From Catajapyx aquilonaris (Eukaryota): a stretch of DNA of 51,332 nt. Position 1 is the first letter of the stretch. Every line of letters starts with the position of its first letter. The DNA lies in assembly GCA_000934665.2 (NCBI GenBank), contig JYFJ02002787.1, forward strand, positions 1 through 51,332. The letters are read 5' to 3'. Below are positions 1-12,379 of this stretch, piece after piece. Position numbers and translations under genes: made by a program. The notes under the pieces were generated by a model, which worked only from the letters and a program-made list of their open reading frames with translations, was not told where the DNA came from and did not search any database.

Positions 1-284
1 ACTGTCCCCAAAAGGGGCTGGAGTACAAGTAACAGGAGGGGTACCAAAGTGCAGGAGCTGAGGGCTCCTTCTGGTGGCCCCACCCACCAGGGGGGAAGTA
101 ACTGGGTCAGCCCAGCCCCCTGGTGAGTGGGACGTCACATTATTTTCAGCTGCATCAAATTCTTCAGAAGCAAATTGTTAGAGAATATCTACCATGTTGA
201 TATATACGTATTAATAGGATAATGAATTTGGGCTTCAATATTTGTACCTACATTAAATGTAAATTAACAATTTTGGCTACTTAC

Positions 285-1018
285 CAGCACAATTTAGTAA
301 TGTTGAAGGTGTTGTCATAAGAAGACAAAATGTCCTCCAAATCGTTTCCTAGTTGTTGCATGCATGGTTCCAAGTTATCAATTTTACTGTTTAAACAGGT
401 AGCAGATCTAAGGTACACTGAAAAGATCATAATAAATTACATCTTTGTTTAGCAGGTTAATAAATTGTAAGGCAAGCCTATTCATACTCATGTACAGCGT
501 ATCATCTGGATTGCAAAGTCTCCCTAGAAAGCCATGAACACGTAGTTCCATCTCAGATATTATAAACTTCTTCGAAGGAGGAAGACATGGCTTCACAATG
601 TTGTCTAATACTACAGTTTCAACATCACACACCAGCCTGATATCACGAAGAGAGGTGAATTTAACCACTTAACAGCATATAAGGAGATAAATAAGCTCAA
701 TACTTACTGGCATTCAGTTGACAGTTCTTGGCTACTCAATGGTAGGTGTCTCCCAAAACTCAACGTCAAAATTTCTGAAATTCTTTTGGATAGACTCGTA
801 TAGTCACACGCAGAGTTTTGAGCCGGGATAGACAGCGCATCTCCTGAAAGAAAGAAAAAGTAAGTAGACGTGTGTTATTATGCGAGGTACGTTTTAGAAC
901 CTATTAAACCCATTTTGCTTAAAAGTAAAAATTATGAGGAAATAATACAATGGAAGATGATATATGCCTACTTACCCACCAATGCCACTAGCATCAGTAA
1001 AATGAGCGTGCCAGCCAT
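285..1018 (-). CDS. Secreted cysteine-rich protein (DUF19-like Cys spacing), multi-exon, 3' end not resolved
   Basis: Phase-consistent GT-AG exons 1018-976 (MAGTLILLMLVALVG, signal peptide), 843-708 (..SACDYTSLSKRISEILTLSFGRHLPLSSQELSTEC), 636-488 (QLVCDVET..KPC..RLCNPDDTLY) and 417-285 (MYLRSATCLNSKIDNLEPC..KLC). The next exon was not found in the window. The family label comes from cysteine spacing only. Confidence 0.65.
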
Positions 1019-1693
1019 AATGAATATGCGCTTTCACAGAATCACCAACAAATATGAGTATAAGCACTGCACTGCCCGTACTTGACCTATGGCACCACTT
1101 GTACATAAAACTGCTTATATACAGTCGTTTGGATGGTCTAATCATTTCCGAGATAAATAAGAACAATGGAATAGGGCATCATTGGTCAACTATTATCCTG
1201 ATATTATAGTGATACTGATTTTATTGCCGGTACTCAAAAATAAGAGATACAATAAAAGGATGTGGCCAGATAAAATCTATATGTGCGCATCAATCATCAT
1301 GCAAAAAATGTCCGTGCTGCGAAATGTATCTGAACAAAAGAGCGCCTTTTATTTTGTTCCTAAAGAATGTCAGACATATATGAATGGGACAGATGCCCAC
1401 CCCTCGGATTTGACAAAAGACCCTGACCTTGTACTGCCCCAATTTGCATTCATTGATGGAAAGATCCCCCTTATCTTTTCATCAAAGTTTCTACGTCTTC
1501 AGTTTCATTATTCCGTTTCTCAATAGCAGCTATATGTTGGTTATTTAAAAGTCAAAATGACATAGCCATTGTTAAGGTTACTAGACAAAGGTAACAAAGG
1601 TTACATTTGAAGAAATCGGAGTGTCTTTCACAATGTACCGAGAAAGTACTTTAGTACGTGCAGAATTTTTCGGATTGTCATACGACAGGAACC

Positions 1694-3960
1694 ATGCACC
1701 TCCTAAACGTCCTGCTGACCTTGCTGGTCTTGTCAAGAGTTGGCAACCATGCCCTAAAGGTCAGGTCACCATCGGCCACACCTGAATCCCTGGTGACCTC
1801 ATTTGTGGAGCGTATGCACGGGGAAAAACCAGACTGCCTTCTGGTCATAGGTCACGACTACAAGGTCACACCTCCGGCCATACTCAACCTACTAGACAAC
1901 GTGGCCAAAAATGGCGGTATATCGGTGCCGGTACACTGGAACGAATCTAGTCCGGTTCCAAAAAAGTTCACCAACTCCGGACCAGGAGACTACGAGTACT
2001 ACTTCTCATGGCTGGAACGGCCCACAGCCAGACACCTGACAAACTGCGGCTTCTTCGTCATGATGTACCACGACACCCACTTTGAGCCTCTGATCAAGTA
2101 CATGGCCAGCATCGTCAGGATGGACCCTCGAAAGGACCGATTCGTGTACTTCAGTCCGGATTCGGACATTCGAATCAACATGTTGCACCGAGACTACAAC
2201 TTCTTGCACCAGCTGGGACTAGTGCACGACCAAACAACGGGTTCGATCAACATCACCAACAACTGCCTGTACTGCGATGGAGGCAACCCGACGGTCATCG
2301 ACAGAGGCAGGTACAACCTGAAGGAAGGGATGACCCCAGAAGACCTCGAGTACTACCCGGAGTTTGCTCGGAACTTCCATGGTCGACATCTGAACGGGTC
2401 GTTCTCAATCGGAGCCTCGCCGGACGAGTTTGATTTCATGCTGGCCAATGGACTACCGGTGTTTCCGTACCTGCGAGTCTACCTGTCCGTGGGGAGGGCC
2501 TTGAACTTTGACTGGCATCTGGATGCAGCCCCTGAGGTGCCGGGACAGGATTCGGAGAAGCTGATGCCAGATGGAAACTGGACTGGAATGACAGGACAGA
2601 TGGTGCACAGGTACAGTACACTGCCCGACACTTGGACGTAGTGCCACTACCAGGTGGCACACTACTGCCGTTCGCAGGGAAAAGTAGTACTACATGCACG
2701 TTGATATTGCCCAGTCAATTCTACGAGATGGGTCATCCTTTGTTGTAATGTCTTCTGTTGTTATTCCTCCATTTCTCAGGGAAGTGGAGATATCGTCTGC
2801 CATGTCCAGGGCCGATGTATTCACGGTGATGGACGTGCCGTGGCCGTACTACATGAGCGATCCGACGTTCCTCCGACGCACGCCTCGACGTCTCTTCTCC
2901 TGGTACTCCATCGCTTCGCCATTCACCAAGGACATGTGGGCTGCCATCTTCGTCACCGGAATGATCGCCAGTCTGGTGTTTCTCTTCATTCTTAAGGTCA
3001 GAAGCAAGCTGGCCAACTGCTTCGACACCGCTCCTCCAAGGTACTGTCCTGAACGAAGGGATATCAATGTACTGATTCAAAACGTCATATTTGACATATC
3101 GTTACTTTCAATGCCTGTACACTCCTAGGTCCTATGTCCTGTACTCGTTCCGGTACATATTTTCTGCCTTGATTGAGGAGAACCCGAACCTGGTACCGAC
3201 TGCCGATTCCCTGCGTGTCCTAATCGCCCTGTGGTGGATCGCCTGTGACGTCTTGATCTGCGGGTACGAGGCCAAGTTCTTCGGGTTTCTGGTATCACCT
3301 CAAATGGAGGTCTTGCCCAACAACCTGAAGGAAATGGTGGAGTGGCCCAGCTGGCAGTGGGGGGCACTGGACTGGATCAAGCCATACATCGACATGTTCA
3401 CGGTCGAGTCGGAGGTAGAGTACCACCGGTACATCAAGCCCAAGCTGATCAACGGAGGGGACATGAAGAACTGTCTGATGAAGGCCATCAACGAGGACTT
3501 CAGCTGCATCGCTGTTACTGAACTTCTGGTAGCCATGTCCATGATGCAGATTGACAAAGAGGGCACTGTACCGGTGGAGATTGCCAGCGACAGTTCTCTA
3601 AGCATCATCTGCGGTATCGCCTTCTCCAAGTACACTCCGGTGGGTCCCATCGTGGGTCGGATCCAGATGTACATACCCGAAGCTGGACTGTACGACAAGT
3701 ATCTGGCAGACTTTGTGCACGCCTTTTTCGTCATGGGTCTGAAGGATGCCAGGAAGGCAAATCGACTCTACTCTGAATCAATGGCGCTGAACGTGCGGCA
3801 GATGAAAGGGACGTTTGTGCTGCTGTGTATATTGTTGGCTGCCAGCATTGTCAGTTTTGTTGGGGAGGTAGTGCAGTATCGGGTGAAGAAATCGAGGGTT
3901 AATTTTGCACATGGTGAAGTAGATATCGATGGATCGTTCTACTCTGCTGCTCAAAAATAA
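1694..3960 (+). CDS. Divergent ionotropic receptor (IR, variant iGluR chemoreceptor), 3 exons, ~669 aa
   Basis: Exons 1694-2610, 2780-3040 and 3129-3960 join in phase. Signal peptide MHLLNVLLTLLVLS, S1 motif DGNWTGMTGQMV, pre-M1 SIASPFTKDMW, M3 SLRVLIALWWIACDVLICGYEAKFFGFLVSP, S2 EAGLYDKY and M4 ALNVRQMKGTFVLL. Confidence 0.85.
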
Positions 3961-4312
3961 TATTACTGACTACAATAATAAAAATTACACAAAAAGTGCA
4001 CATCAATGCGATTACAGCACAAGTAACATGGTCTGTACTATCCTTCACATTAAACGTTTAGATTACTGCAGCCATATTTTAGTTTTCAGATTGCTAGATT
4101 GACCATCAGATGTTACGCGTCGAGGACTGCATTACACACAATACCTAACTTCATTAAAATGTGACTACCCTGTAGCCTACTGAATTTTACTTTATTTGTT
4201 CGATCCTATACACATTACACAATGCCATATTATTGTGCATGATGATTTGCCCTTGACACAAGTGGCCATGCTTTTCCTACTATGATCAAAATAACTCAAT
4301 TTTGAAAATAAC

Positions 4313-4399
4313 AGTCTTAAGGTAGATGGCTTGTAGTTGACATTCATGTGAACTATATTTACATATAAATGTCAACTACAAGCCATCCACCTTAAGACT
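4313..4399. repeat. 32-bp inverted repeat hairpin, TTAA-bounded (MITE-like, possibly Kolobok type)
   Basis: agtcttaaggtagatggcttgtagttgacatt (4313-4344) pairs with aatgtcaactacaagccatccaccttaagact (4368-4399), one mismatch. Confidence 0.7.
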
Positions 4400-4430
4400 T
4401 AAGATAACAGGTTACGCGTTACATATACGT

Positions 4431-4453
4431 TATCAGTTTCTTGTAATCTTATC
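4431..4453 (+). promoter_or_regulatory. Initiator (TCAGTT) plus GATA (CTTATC) core-promoter motif shared by the three tandem paralogs
   Basis: TATCAGTTT..AATCTTATC recurs ~95-100 nt upstream of each ATG (4431, ~7965, ~10760). Confidence 0.55.
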
Positions 4454-4525
4454 TTGAGTGAAAAGTGTTCAAAATGATTCAATGCAACGACAGCCGACGA
4501 ACAGGGGGCAAGAAAAGGTAAAGTT

Positions 4526-6503
4526 ATGGGGAGAGTTGGTTATTTCTTTCTTGGATTGGTCCTTGTCATTTTGATTTCTTCAGAGTCCAGTGGTCAGATA
4601 CCTCAATGTTCTCTAAATATGGTAAGTGTACAGTTACCTTAGGACTTATAGGTCTGCATATACACGTCATGCATAAGGAACGTTGCTAAATGTTGGTTTG
4701 ACTAATAATGACTTTTTATAAAAGTCATTTGAGACCTTTTATTACTGTAGTTTCAACTGCTACAATAGAATAATACTTATACAACCAAAACTGGTCTGAA
4801 GGTGATTGGCCTTACTATAGAGTTTCAAATGATTTGCAGGCCAAGTCTACTGTATAAAACATAGTGCTAAATACTCAATCTTTTCAAAAACATAAAACTG
4901 GCGCAATGATAATAATATTACAAGAATCATGTTCTTCCTGAGGAGAGTGTGCGATTAATTTATTGTTTTTTTTGGACAGGGACGGCAACCAACATCAGAA
5001 TTGGGAGGAGGTATTTCGCAAAATGAATTTGGCGAGATTCCTCAGGTGGGATGTCAGAAACCAGGTGAGCAATCTCATACAGAGTTGTTTGTGTAAAACA
5101 GATAATGTGTTTTTAAAGAGCTAATACAATATTAGAGAGAAATGTTATTTTGCCCCATACATGTAGAGCTATTTCGTGAAGATTATTTAGTGGACAAAGT
5201 AATATGGGGAGCAATGTATGCTTTTGTTTTTGAAACCTTTTGGCATTGATCATAAGTTTTCTCTTCGAGACAATGATGGAAAAACTAGCCTATAAATTTT
5301 GTTTTACAAAACAAACTTTCTGGTGTCTAGTCCAATAACAGAAATATCAAGTGCATGAAATTAAAATAATATTTCTCTTTTTTTCAGTTGTTATTACAAA
5401 ACCTGTAATAATTGTCACAAAACATGCCGTGCAGTTAAGTTTTGACATAGAAGAAGAGAGCATTGTTGATCCTGATGACTACATAAGCATCTGCCTTTAC
5501 ACAGTAAACAACTATGGTGGTAGCCTAGCCCACTATAAATTCAATTTTAGAACCATGTGCCCGAATCAATCTCCACACTGCCAAAGCCAAATTTTGGCCT
5601 TTGTAGAGCCTTGTGATATGTTCAGCGCTACTGTCCAAGTTTTCGGCAATGACCAATACATGCCTACTCCATATGCATGTAGCTCACTGTTTCACTCTTC
5701 TACTGTGGAAGCATTGCCAGAATTAGGTATGGTATGAACCTACATAATATGATTATAGTATACTGTAATTGCATTTTTACTTTATTCTAAGTTCCAGGAC
5801 CACCTACAAGCATGAAAGTGGACCATGCATCTGATGGTAAATCGGTAGGAATGTCGTGGAATGGACCTAATGGTCAGCTCAGCTCTAGATGCGTTGCTTC
5901 TTACCGGATTGAATACCAGAAAAATAATGAAAGTTGGTATGTTTTGGGAAGCAGCACTGACAACTACTTCAATATCGAGGATGATTCATCACCTTGCCAT
6001 GAACCATGCCCTATTTGCAATTATCGAGTGGCCGCAGTGACACCTTCCCGGAAAATTGTCGGCCCTTACAGTGACAGCGTCTGCTATAATGGTACTTGTG
6101 CCATTTGATAAGGACATTCTATCATTTATTTCCATTTGTTATCTGTTTTCATATTGTACGTAGTATTGTACATTCGCTTATAGTATTCTATACAGCATAT
6201 CTCATTAACTTCAAACTCAATAAACTATTTGTACACGGCTGAAAAATCTCTCGAGGGATGGATACGAGTTTTGTGCCTAATTAAATTCAATAGCTAGCCT
6301 ATTCATTCATTCTTATTGTATGGATGCACTAAAATATTTTCGAGGAAAAATCTAATATGAAACAATAGCATTAAAAGGCATTTTATTGTGGGCTCTCTGA
6401 TGCATACTGTATAGTCTACTACAACTTTCTCCTTTTGTTTTGCGGTGCTCTCTTGCAATTTTGCACTGGATCCTGAACCAGGTCTAAAGAGACCAATCAA
6501 CTC

Positions 6504-6574
<71 letters not shown>

Positions 6575-6679
6575 CAGTCTATTTCAATTGCAGGTTCTTC
6601 ACCAGTTGATTCACCTGGGCGTGTCTTTGTAATGTATGCATTGTTCATTATTGTTGCGAATGTTATTTTGAGTAACTAA
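4526..6679 (+). CDS. Paralog A: signal peptide + two Cys-containing beta-sandwich (Fn3-like) domains + GPI-anchor-type C-terminus
   Basis: Exons 4526-4621, 4980-5064, 5388-5726, 5792-6091 and 6594-6679, all phase-consistent. Exon 4 has Fn3 hallmarks (VPGPP..MSWNGP..YRIEY..YRVAAVT..GPYS). Tail GSSPVDSPGRVFVMYALFIIVANVILSN*. Confidence 0.75.
6504..6574 (+). repeat. (AAT)n microsatellite in last intron of paralog A
   Basis: Direct reading of the taataataa run. Confidence 0.95.
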
Positions 6680-7623
6680 TTACTTAACTGTTTTGTGGAA
6701 TCAGTGGATTAGGATATTTGAGTTTGTCAACAACATGTTTTTATTTACACCACTGATAACACGCCCAATAAAGTCATTTTGTTAATATCAATGTGGCAAT
6801 TTGATTAATTTTTTCATTCTGTAACATGACCAGCCCATGCTATTTACACAGATTTTGTCAAAAATAGTATAATTTTGTTTAATTTTATGTAAGTGATGGT
6901 GACATAACACGCCAAGAGAGGGGAAAAATATTAGCACTGCGTATTAATAATTAAGCACTCCAGGTACTTGCAATAATCTGCACTCCAAGTACGTAGTAAT
7001 CTGCACTCCAAATGAAAGTCTGGAGTGCAAACTTTGCAGCCGTACAAAAAAATATCAGATTCGGCCACTGTCATTATCATGACGACATGATGACAGGGGA
7101 GCAATATTGCAGCACTATAGTGCTGCAATATTGTGCAATATCGTGCAATATTGTTCCCCTTTTGTAGCCTATTTCTGTTGAAGTTGTGTTTGACCTTCAC
7201 TAAAACTTGTCCTTGGTCTCTTTATGCCACCTCGCACTCTTCATTTTCAATCTCAAAATGGTTTCTCTTAGGGACAATAATATTTATTGATCAAAAACCA
7301 GACTTGACCATCAGAAGCTAGACTCGTCAAGGACTACATTACACGCAATGCCTGACTTCATTTCAATGTGACCAATTCTGAATTTCACTCGATTTGTTTC
7401 ATGCAGTCATTGCAGAAGACATTGTCATGTGGTAATTTGCCCTTGACACAACATTGGCAGTACATTGTGCGATAAGAATGTGATTGGAACAATAACATTA
7501 TTTTCTTGATCTGAAGTTTATGCTCTAGATATAAGCTATGAGGAATTTGTTGATTTCAACTCTATTCACTGTGTGATAGGGTGTCGGACCAGGGAATTGC
7601 AGAATGCAAATCGTATTTTACTT

Positions 7624-7712
7624 GAACGAGGAAGATGGCATAGTGGTTAAAACCACAGCCTTCCACATCTGATAATGCCGAGTTCGATTCTCGCATGGGA
7701 GGCAGGAATTTA
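7624..7712 (+). mobile_element. tRNA-derived SINE head fragment
   Basis: Pol III A-box-like TGGCATAGTGG followed by B-box GTTCGATTC at tRNA-like spacing. No complete cloverleaf, and it is absent from the equivalent region upstream of paralog A. Confidence 0.5.
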
Positions 7713-8061
7713 CTATGTGGCAAGTAAACTTGCTAATCTCTCGAAAACCTCATTCAATTAAAAATAAAGTTTCGGAAGTCTTGATTAAGTATGTTCTAAC
7801 TTAGTTCATTAAGGGCGTTATTTTTCAAAACGAGTGGCTTGAACACAATTTATTTATATTTACCTGTACCATTAATAAATGAGCAGGGCTACCTGTTAAT
7901 TTAGAAGACATGTACTGTAGTTAGAATATTCATATCGTTGGAAAATAGTTTATGTCACATAAGATATCAGTTTCCTCTAATCTTATCGTGAGTGGAAAGT
8001 GTGCAAAATGATTCAATGCAACGACAGCAGACGAACAGAGCGCAAGAAAAAGTGAAATATT

Positions 8062-10318
8062 ATGGGCAGAGTTGGTTATTTCTCTCTTGGATTGGGCCTT
8101 GTCATTTTGATTAGGTCTACTTCAGAGTCCACGGGTCAGATAATACCTCTAAGATGTCCTCAAAATATGGTAAGTGTACAATATTATCATAGGCCTACAT
8201 GATTGTGATTGCATCGGAAACAATGCTACACGTAGGTTTGACTATTTAACAGCGACGTTTTATAAGGCATTTGAGAACTCTATAGTTAGTTTCAAATGCT
8301 ATAATAATACACAACCAAAACAGCTCTGAATGTCGCTGACACTTCGAGAGTTTCAAATGGTTTGCAGTCCAAGACTATAAAGGGTTGTGTAAAATACTCG
8401 ATATTTTAAGAACACAAAATTGATGATTATCTACGGTATACCTTGCTGATGAGAGTGGGCGATTAAATATATTGGCTTTTTTATCTGGACAGGGAGGACA
8501 ACCAACATCAGAGATCGGAGGGAGTATTTCGCAAAATGAATTTGGAGAGATTCCTCAAGTGGGATGTAATCCTCACAAATCAGAAGGTGATCAATCTCAT
8601 ACAGATGGGTTGTTAAAGCAGATAAACCGTTTAAAAACGTTAATACAAAGTAATTTTTATAGAATGGGCCTACAATGTTATTTTGCCATATAGAGCTATT
8701 TTGTAAGGATTATGGTATTTAGTGGACAAGGTAATGTGGAGAACAATAAGCCTCATATATGCTGGTGTTTTTGAAATTTACTAAATACGGATAATGATTT
8801 TTTCCATGAAAGCTTAATAACTTTCATGGCAATAATGGAAAAATCATTCATTTCTTTACAAAACAAACTTTCTGGTGTCTAGTTCAATAACATAACTCTC
8901 AAGTATATAGGAAATTAAAATTACATAATATGTCTATTTTTCAGTTGTTATTACAAATCCGGAAATAAAGAGGCCTAACACAGAAGACAGTGTGCAGTTA
9001 AGTTTTGACCTGGAAAAAGGGAGTGGTGTTGATCCTGGTGACTACATAAATATCTGCCTTTATGCTGTAATCCATGGCGGTTATAGCATAACCCAGTCTT
9101 ATTCCAAGGTTAGCAACATGTGTCAATCTTTACGCTGCCAAGACACAATTAAAACCCACGTATTTCCTTGTGTAATGTACAACGCTACGATCAGAGTGTA
9201 CGACGTAAACAATCACCTTTTATGTAGCGAACTCTATACGTTTCCTTCAGTGGAAGCTGCATTGCCAGAAGAAGGTACTATGGTGTGGACCAACATAAAT
9301 ATGCTATTGTAATTGCATTTTTTACATTATTCACAGTTCCTGGACCACCAATAGACGTCACAGTGTTCCATGCATCTGACACTAAATTGTTAGAAATTTT
9401 CTGGAATGAACCTATCAACTACATTTGCGCTGCTTCGTACCGGTTTGAATACCAGAAGAATGATAAAAGTTGGCAGATTTTGGGAAAGAGCACTAATAAC
9501 GGGCACTTTGCTATTCATGATGATTTATCACCATGCCATGAACCCTGCCCTATTTGCAATTACCGAGTGGCCGCAGTTACACCTTCCGGGAAGATTGGCG
9601 ATTACAGTGACAGCGTCTGCTATGGTGGTAAGTGTGCCTTAAGATAATGAGATTAATGACATTCTCTATCATACGTTTTATTCATAATATCTCTTCTCAT
9701 ATTATGCAGTTCTCTATACATAACTCATTCACTTCTAACTGCCACTACTGTACTTGTACACTGAGAATTCGATAGCTTTGAACTCCACAATTTGGTTACA
9801 ACCAAATATTTTTAGAAGAATTAAAAATCCGGCATAAAACAATAATTGACACTTAAAATTCCACATCACACATCAGTCCCACGAAAGAGAAAAACATTGT
9901 GAAGACGTGCAAATTGCTATAGCAAATGATCTTAAACCCCATGGAAGTTTAGAGAAGAAAGTATAAAAGTCTTTGTCTTATGGGGATGTGTGTGTTGGGG
10001 AGGCAGTTTTTTTTCTTAAAAATACTTCATTTTACTGTGGACTGATGGGTAGCCTACAACTTTCTCCATTTACGTTATTTTCTTTCCCTGTCCTGAAGCA
10101 ATTATATCATCAATCATATACTACAACAATAACAACAACAACATTTCTCAATAATTTCAGGTCCTTCGCCAGCTACTTCACCAGGTCCTTCACCAGATAC
10201 TTCACCAGGTCGTGCGCCTGGACATGGCTTTGTAACATATGATCCATTATTCATTATTGTTGCGAATCTGATTTTGAGTAACTACGTACTTCACCATTTT
10301 GTGGAAACAGTGGTTTAG
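8062..10318 (+). CDS. Paralog B of the secreted/GPI-type Fn3-like family
   Basis: Exons 8062-8169, 8493-8586, 8945-9274, 9337-9627 and 10161-10318, with the same intron phases as A. Shares SPCHEPCPICNYRVAAVTPS. The last exon has GPSP/TSP repeats and an extended hydrophobic tail. Confidence 0.75.
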
Positions 10319-10361
10319 GATATTTGAGCTTGTCAACAACAACACCTATACGACGACGCCC

Positions 10362-10362
<1 letters not shown>

Positions 10363-10406
<44 letters not shown>
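10363..10406 (+). repeat. (CAA)n microsatellite in 3' UTR of paralog B
   Basis: Direct reading. It explains the spurious poly-Q ORF 10324..10692. Confidence 0.9.
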
Positions 10407-10859
10407 GCATGTTTTTATTTATGGGTACACCACGGACAGCACGTCCAATAAAGTTATTTTGTTAATAAAATATGGCTGTTTAATTGATATTATCTCACTC
10501 TGTAACATAACCAGTCTCTACTATTTTACAGATTTTGTAGAATTTTGTTTGATTGATAGAAAGTGGCCGTGGCATACTGCGCCAAGAACGGTAAAAAATT
10601 ATCATTATACTAGTATATTAATATTAATTCAGCAGCTTTCTTCCATGCAAAATTCCAGAATTGAAACAGATTTCATTTCTGGGAACTCATAGTACAGACT
10701 TGGTGGTTGTTCGTGACAGTCACCAGACATTTTAAGCTAGTGATTTACGTAATAATTCCTATCAGTTTGTGATAATCTTATCGCTTGTGCAGAATATGTG
10801 AAAACTTATTCAACACGTCCGTAGGATGCGAACATCAGGGCGCCCGTAAAAGTGGAAGT

Positions 10860-12379
10860 ATGTTCAGGATTTATTTTACGCTTGGATTATTAGTTCTGTT
10901 TATTACAGTTATTTCTGAGTCCGATGGTCAGGTACAATATCCACTATGTCCAGTAAAAATGGTAAGTTTACTGTACAAGTTCGAAAAAAACTGCACGAGT
11001 ACCATATTTTGTTTGCAAGAACTTATCAAAGACGCACATTTTGGGATGCAATGATATCTCTAACATTCAGTAAAAGTAATTTTTTATATAATAATTATAC
11101 GGTACCTGTTGCTACTGTAAGATAGATATTATTGGCACACTACAGTATTACCTGCATGATTTAAGTTAGAATACTGTCAGAAGCATCCTGTAAGAAACAG
11201 TCATGCTTATAACTCTCTCGACAACATCAGTAAATACCATTGCTGATAAGAATGTTGAGAGAACTTTATCAACACTTTCTCCTGGGAAGGTTGGGCCAGA
11301 TCAGGCACCAGAGTTTCGAAGAAGTTTCACCCACGATCAAGAGCTTGCAGCAAGGACTCAACTTGGATGCCGTGGTCCAGGTGATCAAGTTATCACAAAG
11401 TTATTTTTATTTAGGGCACTCCAGACTCAGCAACTTTACACTCGATATTTTTCCAGTTGCTATTGAGAGCATCTCTGTAATTGTGACAAATGCTGGCATG
11501 CTGTTAAGTTTTGACCTGGAAGGAAGTGTTGCTGCAAACGACTACATAAACATCTGCATTATCATCGACGATTGGCAAGGAGGCTCCAGAGCCCAGTATT
11601 ACCTCGCAGCTAGTGTAGTGTGCAACCTGCAATATGCTAAGTGCAACTTCACTCTACCAGTCCCAGTACAGCCTTGCCATATCTATCATACCACTGTGCA
11701 AATATACAACCATGACATACACGTAATTACAAATTGTAGCATATTGTATCGATTGCCCTCTACTGAAGCTAACTTGCCTGAAAAAGGTATGATATTGTTT
11801 TATTATTGCCAACTATTAATATACCGTACGTATTACATGTAGCATGTTGAATTTATTCGCAGTTCCTGGGCCACCTGGAAAAGTTTCATTTGAATATTCG
11901 AAGGACAAGACGTTGTCAGGCATCAGCTGGACTGCACCGAGTGTCAATCCTGGTTGTGCTGCTTCATATTCGGTTGAATACCAAACGAACAATACAGGAT
12001 GGCTGCCTTTGGCCAACATCAGTGAGCTGCAATTTTATATGTTCGACGATTCATCACCTTGCCGATATTCGTGCGATGTTTGTGACTATCGTGTACGTGC
12101 CACTACGCCATCTGGTCAGATGGGTCCATACAGCAAGAGCGCCTGCTCTGGTTCGTATGTTAATCCTTACAAAGCATTTCATTCAATCAATTATAATCAA
12201 AATATCAATTAATTTCTTATCCATAATTATTGGATAGTTATGTATAATTTATTTGCCAATTGCTTTCTTCCATTACAGGTTCCTCACCAACCTGTGCGCG
12301 TGACCGGGACTTTGCAACAGTTGCATCATGCATGATTATTGCACTTATTATTTTGTGTAACTGTTGTCGTTTTCTGTAA
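10860..12379 (+). CDS. Paralog C (more divergent) of the secreted/GPI-type Fn3-like family
   Basis: Exons 10860-10961, 11290-11380, 11457-11786, 11863-12150 and 12279-12379, same phases. Conserved LSFDLE..DYINIC and SPCxxxCxxCDYRV. Tail GSSPTCARDRDFATVASCMIIALIILCNCCRFL*. Confidence 0.72.

Noticed and set aside
1999..3734. Several - strand ORFs over the IR, and similar overlaps on the Rho, ankyrin and carboxypeptidase exons
   Set aside because: Antisense or alternate-frame shadows of GC3-rich real exons.
7624..7712. Possible tRNA gene (also ~35540-35610)
   Set aside because: A/B-box-like motifs are present, but no complete acceptor and anticodon stems could be folded; better explained as SINE-derived.
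10324..10692. Poly-Q ORF
   Set aside because: Produced by a (CAA)n microsatellite in the 3' UTR of paralog B; the flanks align with the non-coding 3' region of paralog A.
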